Source: Podarcis gaigeae (taxonomy: Eukaryota). From it: a stretch of DNA of 64,000 nucleotides. This document shows, piece after piece, positions 50,301-59,757 of this stretch (position 1 is the first letter of the stretch; every line of letters begins with the position of its first letter). The notes under the pieces were generated by a model that saw nothing but the letters and a program-made list of their open reading frames with translations, ran no database searches and was not told the DNA's origin. The stretch lies in the NCBI GenBank assembly GCA_964106915.2, contig OZ066918.1. One strand, written 5' to 3'. The translations under genes were made by a program, and so were the position numbers.

Positions 50301-52706
50301 TCGGTTTACGGAGGTGCCACTGTATAGGGAATTCTATATGCCTAAACTTGCCTTAATCTAGAATGAGCAATCTAGTATTATACTCTTTTGTTATATAACA
50401 AAATAAAATGTCAATATGCTTTGGTAAAAACAAACAATCATCCTTTTTAAAACATGCATTTGGTACCTTTAAGGCCATGTTTCAGGCAGTGCTCCATAAC
50501 AACGAAGAACTGTTGCAGAGGTGGATAGTCAGAATCAAGGGTTCGGCCAAAGCTCAGGGCAGATTCAATGAGTCCCTTGATACTCAGTTTGGCCATATTC
50601 AATAAATTTGTTCGCTCAACAGCTGTGGGGTCTTTCACAGCTTAAAAAGGAAATAAAGGAAAATTATTCAATGAGAACAGAATAGTTTGATACTGCTTTA
50701 CTGATAAAAACACAACAATCTTATCCAAAACTAAACATAAAAAATGAAAGGGGGAAAGAGAATAGGATAAAAAGCATGTTATGAAACATAGCGTGTGTCT
50801 GTATAGTGCTTTTCCTCTGAAGGAACAGAATATTTCCGTAGACCTGCAGCACTGGCAAGTGTCCTGTTCTAAATCAGGGCAGAGACCACTTTAGCCTGGA
50901 AAATGTAGCACTGCTTGCCATTTCCCCAGGTACATCAAGTTCTTAATATGAAAATCCATAAAAGATATGTGAAATAATAGCACTGCAACATTTTCAAATC
51001 ATTTAAGATGGCCTAATATTTTGCTTTTGTTACTGCAATGTACTGATGTTTCCAGTGAACTAACCACAATGACTCTGCAAGCCAACATATGTTGACGGAA
51101 AGCTTATTTGTGCCAAATGTGTTTGCAAGCCCCACTGGGTCTAGCAGGATCAGGCTCAGTTCAAAAAGCAAGGGCGAAACTAGGCTTTATTTCATCCGGG
51201 TCAAAGACCCAGTTTGGTGCACACACCCCACACACAGGTTGGGACTTGGAAGCCTCAATGGTGCCCCTCTGGAGGTTTCACCCAGGGCAAAAAACCAGGG
51301 TAGCCACCTCCCCCTCCCCCCAGCTACAGCACTGCAAAAAGCATAACCCTAGCAGGAAAAAAAACCCTTGGTCCTCACTGCTTTTTAAAGTAATTTCTCC
51401 TCCCTTCCCTTATAGGATGGCATCATAACGGTTGCAATATTGTGCACTGTTAGCTGGAAGTAAGCCCCTCTGAAAACTGGAACTTAATTCTGAGTAGGAT
51501 CGGGCTGCATCTATCAGACCCCAGAGCAGCTGCTACCGGGCCACAATATACCTACACCAAGCATCACAATCCTAGGGTGGGGTTAAAAGGACGCCTGAGA
51601 GCGAGCAAGAGAGATTTGCCCACTCTTTCAGTCCCTGCCAATCGCGATTCTGAGACAGGGTCCCACGCAAGAACCGATGCACGTGCAGTGTTCCTCCACA
51701 CGAGAGGGGGTGGGCATCCTGATTGGTCCAGGATACCCCTCCCCGGGACCTCCACGCGCCTAGCGAGGTTTGCGGGAAAGGGCGGTTCTGACGCTCAGCG
51801 GGTGCGTGATGCAGCAGGCGGGGCCGGCCGGCGGGCGGGCAGAACTCTCCTTCCCCAAGCTCAACACGCGACGGCCGTTCGTCTGCACATGATTCCCCTC
51901 GTGATGTTGCCGATGGTAAACCACTCTTACCTGCAAGAAGCTGTAATGAAGCAGCCCTACCTACTTCACCACCACGCGCCGCTCGGCGCTAGCAGTTCGA
52001 GCCCTCCCTACAGGCTCGCAGAAACTCAAAGGAGAGATAATGACGATGACACGAAGCCTCCTCCCGGCAGGGCTTCTTCATTCAAAGCAGGCGCTGCTAG
52101 TTACTTAAGAGGCTACCGAAACTGCGCAAGCGAATAATGGGGAGCTACTCACAAGAGCTAGTCAACTGGAGCATCAACATCGTTGTGCAAAGCGAAGCCA
52201 TTTCACTGCCTGCCCGATTTTCATAGATCTATCGATCTATTAACTCCTATGCAACCAATAGCCAGGGGTGGGCTTCGTTCCTAAGGGAACCTAGAGAGGG
52301 GCTCCCACCCCACGAAGGCCTGGATGCGGAATTAAATTGGGGGGCGGGCAGACGACCGCGAGAGACTTTCTCGCGGCGGCCTTATAGACCAATGGACTTT
52401 TCAGCATCCTTTTTTTTTCCCCGGAGACGTGTGCAAGGGAAACACTTGAGTGTCAGACCTGTTGTTCGCCTGAGGCGGCTCGAGGGGCGGCTTCAGCCCC
52501 TCGCGGATACCCGCCCCACAGCGGGGACAAGCGAAGGCAGCGCCTCCCCCATAACAGACGGCGGCCGAGCCCACCCAGCCTCCCTCCCCAGAGGGAGAAG
52601 AAACGCTCCGTCAGCGCTTTCCCTTCGCCGCCGCCGCCCCCCGCCCAAGCTCCTCCGGCTCCCCTCACGCCCAGCCGCCGCCGCTTCTCCCCTTCTCCTT
52701 ACCCAT
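32356..52706 (-). CDS. RUFY2: RUN and FYVE domain-containing protein 2, 606 aa, 18 coding exons
   Basis: Exons on the minus strand: 52703-52706 (ATGG), 50467-50640 ([23 protein letters not shown]), 49509-49626, 49311-49412 ([19 protein letters not shown]), 48599-48722, 47810-47871, 46609-46674, 45410-45479, 45178-45279, 44042-44158, 43738-43905, 42765-42862, 39086-39205, 37391-37520, 36212-36306, 34611-34659, 33000-33077 ([13 protein letters not shown]), 32356-32499 ([11 protein letters not shown]...RVCDSC...SSVP*). Sum 1821 nt, all GT-AG, phases consistent. RUN domain, coiled coils and a FYVE WxxD/RKHHCR/RVC signature. Confidence 0.97.
35458..35592. mobile_element. URR1-like hAT MITE, degenerate
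   Basis: CCTCCAGATGTTTTTGGACT...ACATCTGGAGGGCCACAGGTT palindromic structure, same family as 8602-8737. Confidence 0.65.
35653..35864. mobile_element. Tigger-like MITE
   Basis: TA|CAGTGGTACCT ... GAGGTATTACTG|TA. Confidence 0.78.
35873..35980 (+). mobile_element. Short tRNA-head / CR1-tail SINE
   Basis: TAGCTCAGTTGGTTAGAGCATGGTGCTG (tRNA 5' half) joined to the CR1 3' end GGGTTGGACTTGATGATCCTCAGGGTCCCTTCCAACTCTACAATTCTA. Confidence 0.75.
38578..38727 (-). mobile_element. 5'-truncated L1-type LINE 3' end with poly(A)
   Basis: Perfect 18-bp TSD AAACTTAGGGGAATTTCA at 38560-38577 and 38728-38745. T-run plus TTTATT at the left end. The sequence matches the reverse complement of the 56860-56930 segment. 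Confidence 0.85.
40465..40573 (-). CDS. RUFY2: Alternative terminal coding exon of RUFY2 (short FYVE-less isoform, about 437 aa)
   Basis: AG acceptor at 40574-40575. In phase with exon 42765-42862 (AG+T = Ser). Encodes (S)[35 protein letters not shown]. Minus-strand AATAAA downstream at 39493-39498. Resembles the short mammalian RUFY2 C-terminus as I recall it. Confidence 0.8.
46726..46960. mobile_element. GC-rich DNA-transposon fragment
   Basis: Abrupt GC-rich block beginning CAGGGGTGGAGGAAG inside an AT-rich intron. Only one terminus is recognisable. Confidence 0.45.
50133..50322. mobile_element. Tigger-like MITE
   Basis: TA|CAGTGGTACCTC ... GAGGTGCCACTG|TA. Shares GGGAG.CC.CATTAG with the 9818 copy. 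Confidence 0.8.
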
Positions 52707-52930
52707 CGCCAGCGAGGAGCAGCAGCTGCCCGAGCAGCTCAGCGAGGTGGACCCAGCCTTAGCTCCTTTCACGGCCTTTCTCCAGCCCTCCTCCGCCTCC
52801 TCCATCTCCGCCCTCCGCCGCCGGAACCGCGCCCGCTGCGCCCCTGGCGGCGGGAGGACCCGGACGGAGGCGCGTCGCTGCGAGGGGCCGGAGCCAGATG
52901 TCGTGACAGGGCGAATTCTCCGAATTTGCT
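51560..52930 (-). promoter_or_regulatory. RUFY2 CpG island with exon 1 and a probable internal second promoter
   Basis: CpG-rich. Exon 1 donor ATGG|GTAAGG at 52703/52702. CCAAT boxes at 52255-52259 and 52389-52393, GC box at 52341-52348, and a second strong donor CAG|GTAAGA at 51931/51930. Confidence 0.8.
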
Positions 52931-53463
52931 TCATATGGATTAGCCTCTCCCAAATTCCCAGGCCAGGGTGGGGTTCACTTTTGCCTTGAGGTGAAAAGAC
53001 GAGTTCTGCACTTCTCCCCCCCCCCAATTATTCTAATTTCTTTTAAACATTATTTATCAAAATCCTATGCCGCCCTTCACCCGACAACCACAGGGCGGTT
53101 TACAACAAAAGCGCAAAAATACATACCATACCAACAAAGAAAAAATACTACCCCCACCACCACAACTTACATAGATCTTGCCATTTCACTGTTCTCCAAG
53201 AAGCTCAAATAAACTGTTACAGCATGTTGGTTGTAAGTCAATCCAAAATATTTTAAAAATAGAAAACCAAATCCAACCTGCCTACCACTTTGTAAACTGG
53301 AGTTGGTATAGTGCACTCTAGATTCATATTTTAAAATCAGTTGAGTCCAAAACATCATGAGCCCATCCATCAGCCCATATATACATGCTTGTGCAAGTCA
53401 ATTTTCCCACCGGCAACCTGGGAAATGACACGAAAACTCTTTAACTCTTTATCCTTCTTAGTT

Positions 53464-53583
53464 TAAGGTTACCAGATTTTTTTCAATGAATCTGGGGACT
53501 GTTCAACTTCAATGGATTTTGTCTGGGGACTGATTTGTAAATCCAGGGACGGTCCCTGGGAAACAGGACATCTGATAACCTTA
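53464..53583. mobile_element. hAT (Blackjack/MER81-like) MITE
   Basis: TIR TAAGGTTACCAGAT / ATCTGATAACCTTA. Exact 8-bp TSD TCTTAGTT at 53456-53463 and 53584-53591. Confidence 0.85.
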
Positions 53584-54187
53584 TCTTAGTTGTCTGGAAG
53601 CAATTTTTTTACTCATTACAGATTACCATGAGTGGTCTATTCATAAACAAGATATCTATGTTGACAGCATGACAAATTATTAGCTGGGGAAATTGTGGCG
53701 GGATGGAGCAGTGGTTTCACCACTCCATCTTGCTAGCTTGGGGGGGGGGATGTGGGCGAGCTTTCCTCACTCTTTTGCTACACTTTTTTCAGGCTGGCAT
53801 GAGGCACTTTGGACTCAGCAAATTCTAAGTCTCCAATACACTGCTCCATTTTAGCAAGTAATAGCTTTCTGCTTGCCTTGGTACAGCAGGGACCTCCACT
53901 ACAGTGTGCAGCGGGGGGGGGGGGGGATGTCAATGCCACAGCCTAACTACCTCCAGCCATTAACATTGGGTGGCAGGGGTGCAATTGCATTCCTAGTCAA
54001 GTCAGAGATGAAACTTGTTGAAAGTAAGTTTTAGGACTTCATTTACAGGGAAGTCCTATGCAGGTATGCTCAGAACGGAGTTCAATAGGACTTAGTCAAA
54101 TTTTCATTGGTTGCAGTGAATGGGCATTACAGGTCAACAGTATTGCAAGTTTAGATAAAATATTTGTAATGCAAATGTATAATCAAG

Positions 54188-54198
54188 TTTATTTTATT
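54188..54198 (-). terminator. Candidate distal polyadenylation signals of DNA2
   Basis: Two overlapping TTTATT hexamers (AATAAA on the minus strand) at the end of an AT-rich UTR-like stretch. A proximal one lies at 55435-55440. Confidence 0.5.
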
Positions 54199-55043
54199 AT
54201 ATATACTACAAAACAGGTAAAAATTTAAGAACTTGGTACATATATCAGGTACAAACATTTATACATATTATATATAGAAATGAATTCCAGTCTTTAAATG
54301 GAACTATAATCTACAGGAGTTAATTCCAATGCAATAATATGTTCAAACCCTTTTCCAAACTTGTACATTAAAAAGAGTCAGGCCTACGTTAGCTGTTATT
54401 TCAAGTAACTTTTATGAAATATTTATAAAATATAGAAAAGTGAAACTACACTGCATTAAATTAATTAGCAGCAAGATAAATTCAGAATCCATCTGTAGTT
54501 CTGTCTCCCAAATAGCTGACTTACAATGTAACAAACAAGCAGTTTCAAAAGGTGTTTCTTAGTAAAATCTACTTAACAGAGTTACTTATAATATCAACAG
54601 TTCAAGTTACAAGGAAAAATCAATATGAAAAACGAAAGCAATCTGATTAGTAATCTCACATTCCAGGGTTTTGTTGCTGTACAGAGGAAAGAATAAAGAA
54701 AACAGAGAACATGGATTGTTGTGAAGCAAGATGGCCACAGTTTTAAGCTCTGCTTGTTAACAAGGCCTTTTACGCTTAAATGATGTTTCTTAAGAACAGT
54801 CTCTTAAGAAAATCTTTCTAGAATTTGGCATTCACAAGCCATGTTTTAACAATAAGGATCAAGTTGTAAGACTAGATGCACACAATATTTTAATGGCTCT
54901 AAATCTGTCAACTGATGAGAGCTATGAGAGAAAGGCAGTAGTACACTACTGGTGAAAGGTGCTACTCCCCTCAATTTGTAATAGCTGCCTCTAAGATTTC
55001 ATACCTTATCACATACAGAGGGCTGAATCCAGCCACTTTGAAG

Positions 55044-55484
55044 TTGCATTGATATAAACATAATAAATAATGTTCTGAACTTTCCTCTGACCACACGCAC
55101 ACACACGCACACAGACTTCAAAGTTCAAGACTGCATAAACATCTGAGTTGCTCAGCAGAACTGAATAAAAGCAGCAAATTTAAAACCTGAAAATATGAGA
55201 CATGTTCATGACATATGTTCGGGCATTTTTTTGCCAGAACACAAAAAATGGTATCTGTGGACAGGGGACAGAAGCATGCACACAAGCCCCAGCCCCACAT
55301 CCTAGTGCACATTACCCTACCCACTCAGTCAATCTCAAGCCTTCACTGTACAGAGCAAAAAAGAGAGAGGCTGCAGTGGCTTATACTTGCTTTTCATTAA
55401 AAGCAAGTAGAACACCTTGAATGATTAAAAGGTCTTTATTGCATTGATATAAACATAATAAATAATGTTCTGAACTTTCCTCTG
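55044..55484. repeat. 46-bp exact direct repeat in the DNA2 3' region
   Basis: TTGCATTGATATAAACATAATAAATAATGTTCTGAACTTTCCTCTG at 55044-55089 and 55439-55484. Confidence 0.9.
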
Positions 55485-55829
55485 TGTGTGCAGAACATTC
55501 TACTCCTGTTCAAGAAAATCCAAGATCTTTGTTAAACTCCCCTGCTGAGCACAGGAAAGGGACTAAATCAACATGGCAACATGAACCAGGATACTGGGTG
55601 GGGTTGGGTTTGCAGATCGATTCAAACAAATGCCTGAACATGCCTGGAGATGTGTGTGCAAAGTTTAATTTTTAAAATGGCTAACATTTTAAGAACTATG
55701 TCGAGACATTAACATGTAGAAAAGACAGTAGAATTAAATCTATTTGACAATATGGAACTCCCAAGCTTATAATGCAATGGATTCTTTCAGCAGCACATGA
55801 ATGAGGATTTTCACCTTGATGCCCCCTTG

Positions 55830-58800
55830 TCACAGAAGGTTACAACGATACACACTTTCACATGCCCCTAATGGAAGACTGAAAATGTAAGTAACGTTAA
55901 GGGAAATATATTTGGTAACGTGTGAGAGAAAAAAGTACAATCAATTTTAATGCTGCCCTTGAATAAATCTTTTATCTGTATAACCCAGAGATCTTCAGAG
56001 GAGGTGTTGCTGAAGGTGCCACAAATTGCAAAATGCCATTTGACGGCAACACGAAAGTGGGCCTTCTCTGTAGTGATGTCTCTGGACAAGTGTCCTCCCT
56101 TCTGCCATTCAAGAGGCATCAATTGTTGTGTGCTTCCAACACTAAAAATTCATCTATTTCCATGGTCTTTCCCTGACAAGTGACACTAATCCTTCTGCCC
56201 TATACTATTGGTGATATCTGTAATATTATTTTAACTGAAATGCTTTGAATGTATTTATTTCTATCTTTGTAAGTCATTTTGAGATTTATTTGCAATGGTA
56301 AAATCAATTAAATAAACAAATAAAGAGATGCACTTCCAAAAAAAAGGATATCATTGCTTCAGTATCCAAATGACAAAGCAATTTCTTCAGAGGAGGATAG
56401 TGACACAGGGATGGCACACAACCCAGCATGATTAATTTGTGTTTTGCTCTTGTAATAGCAACATTGAGACGTCTCCAGTCCTTCAGAAGTTCTCCAAGCT
56501 ATCAGAAGAAAAGAGCAGTTGACCTAGCCTTAAGATTTTGCAGCTGACTGAGCTTGCCAGGTTTTATATTTCAAATATAAAACTAAGCAGAACAGAACAC
56601 CATCAGAAGAAGGTAGCAATCTGACTTATTTGCAAAAACATTGTAATTTGGTTGAATATTAAGAAGGATGCTAGATCATAAATAATTTGGCACCACTAAA
56701 TTAGATGGAGTAATGAAGATAAGTTAGATTTAAGAAAATATAAATTTTTGGATAACCACTAGATCATATTTAAATTTTTAAGATTTGATTATAGGGCATC
56801 GGAGAGTAAAAAGACAGATAATAAGAGTGGAAATAAGATGATAAATTGCTGGCAAAATTCTATTGGGATGAAGGTAGGAGCGGGAGATGAGAGGAAGTCC
56901 AAAGAAGTTCTGAAACTATGTTGAGATATATGCTATATTGTTCTTTTTTGTGTATTGTATTAAAAAAAGTGCCAATAAATATTATATAAAAAAAAACACA
57001 GAAGAAGGTAGCAATCTGCTTTCTTCATTGCACAATCCACCAACAAAAAGAAAAGCAGTGTATTTCTGTTCTTTGGGGTATCCATCCAAACATTTTTCAT
57101 GCACTGAGAAATGGAGCTGGGTCTTGCCTTACAGCCATGTCTCTCGCCAACCATGCATTCCACCAGTGTGTGAAGAACTATGTGCACAGAGTACCTCCCT
57201 GCAACAGGAGGATCTTGGGCCAATCAGAATTCCTCCCCTCACCTGGAGGCACTGTATGTACATAGGGTTGCTTCACTTCCTGGCTGAAAGTGTGGCTGAC
57301 AAGCATGTGCAGCTGCTAGATACAATTCTGCATTCTCCCCATCAGCAAAGGATATCATCCGTAACAGGGGTTGTGCACACTCACAAGGGGATGTGGACTA
57401 GATTTCTTTTGTAAAGAGAAAGGACAAAACTCCAAATTTCCTAATGGACCCATGAAACTGCAATTATTTAGCTAAAATATTTGACCGTCTTATCATTTTG
57501 GAATAAATTTGTACGGTCAGTTTTTTCTTACCACTTACTTCTGTGTTTTCCAAGCACAACTAAATAAGTAGCCATTTTCAGATGGACAAATTTTAACTTT
57601 CCAGATTATGATCTGCTCAGGGATTATAAAATACAGCCTACTCACATTTCCATCGGCGTTATTCCTTACAAAGGACACTATGATGATACTTTTGTCTCTT
57701 CCTTGGTACTTGTCCACAGTATTTACTTCTACATTCTTGATAAATGAACTTATCATCAAGTCTGTGATTATCTTTAACTGATGTCTGTATGGAGATATGA
57801 CCCCAATATCTGAGGGCTTGCAACCAGCCTAAAAAATAAATCCCAGACATTCAATGATTAAATCTAGCAAAAGAGTTATTTTGGGGTATATGCTATCAAG
57901 AAACATTCGTGGAAAATGGAGTATAATAAACACAAAATAATTAGGCATTAACTTGAAGTCGAACAAATAAGAAACAAAAATGCAAAATTAAATATAAAGA
58001 TACAAAAATGAATTGAAACTGGTTCCTTTAAACTATGGTTTAAAGTTAGGTGGAAACCAGGTCAACAAGTGCCTATATAAATAATGTGGGGTTTTGTTTT
58101 TTTGTAATGCAGATTGTAATTGCTTATAATGCGCTCCAACAGCTAGGTGCTATATAGTGAAGAGGAAAAAAATACTGGAGAACCATTATTTTAGCTTTTT
58201 AAATAATGTGTCCCTAGTGGATGCCATAGAAGCAGTTTACTCAAATAAGCATATCTCTGAACATTGACTCAGTATATATACAGAATCAGGAATTTAATGG
58301 CCAAAGCATGTCAGTTTTCAGAACTGACTACACCATTTCAAAAATCCTTCAGATACCTTGATAAACATGGATGTCAGGAAGAGAACCAGTCTGGCTTCTG
58401 TCATGTTACTTACTCCACCTTTTTCTGTAAGTTCTGGCGCTGGAACCTATACCAAGGAAAAATCCTACACATTTTAATCTGTAAAAATGCAAGTTCAATT
58501 TTGCTTGCTAGCTTTTAAAAAAAGATGTACTGGATTTCCTTATATTAAAAAATCTCCATGTAGGTAATTTGGTTATGCTAAAGGGGACAAAGCCCACACA
58601 ATTAAGAGGAAGGAGCCATACTGGAAGTTAGTTAGTATACTAATTCATCAAATTTACTCATCATGTCACACAACCAAAAGAAGACTTGAAGCAACTTACA
58701 AAAAAATAATAATACACACACATACAATGTATAGAACAAATACTCATTAAAACAATACTGATTTACTACAAGGGTTTAGAAACAAAAACATCCAGCAGAA

Positions 58801-59699
58801 GAACTAATACTAGAAAATAGTCATTAAAGCCAGAACTTCTAGTTTTGTCCAAATACAGGCAGAATAATTATGTCTTTGCCTGGCCCTGGAAAGATTACAA
58901 AGACAAACCTCCCTGGGCAAAGCATTCCATAAGCAGGGGACTACCACAATTTCACCTTCAATTTCCTAATGAATAGGGTGAACATAGAAATAACTGTTTA
59001 TTAGGGCAAACAAGTAAAATTTACCTTTTCTGTGTTAAGGAAACAAACAGGGTTATTTGGATCAAGTGTTTCCTTTAGCCATGTTTCTGAAGAAAACTTC
59101 TGGTCCAATTTCAAGTCTTTTAAATTTGGCAAGTCAACTATGGCTTTGGACACCTTCTCAGAGCCACATTCCAGTTTGCCATTGTATACCAGGTTGTTGC
59201 TCAGTGACATAATTTTACTAAAAGGTTTCAAAAAACAAAGCAATGTCAAACTTGAACACTTATAATATGTGGCGACTAGACAATAGCTACATAAAACTAC
59301 CTACCTGTTCATTCGGTACTGTACGGTCAGCTGAACAATGGCATTCTTGTTTTGTTCCAGTCTTTTGAATAAACTTTCACCCATGCCAAGATCTCTGTTT
59401 AAAAAAAAAAAGGTCAGTCCGTGGCTAACACAAAGCTTTGTTGATCATATTACATGACTTATTTTGTCAGCACGATGTCCTCTTACCTTGCTTCTGCATT
59501 TTGCACAAGTGGAGGTAGCTGCTGATGGTCCCCCACTAGCACAAACCGAAGTGAATAGAATAGTGGACCCAGGCAGATCGGCTGGCTTATTTGAGAAGCC
59601 TCATCCACTATGCAGAAGTCAAATTGTTTACGAGTAAAAATTGGATGCTTTATTCCCATGCATGTTGTGGCAACTACAGGCTAGAAAGAGAGTAAAAAC

Positions 59700-59757
<58 letters not shown>

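Noticed and set aside
51577-52943. Plus-strand ORFs of 186 and 183 aa
   Set aside because: They are antisense to the RUFY2 CpG island, low in complexity, and have no family signature.
56938-57414. 158-aa plus-strand ORF
   Set aside because: It starts inside the L1 3' tail and runs through intronic sequence antisense to DNA2, with no homology signal.
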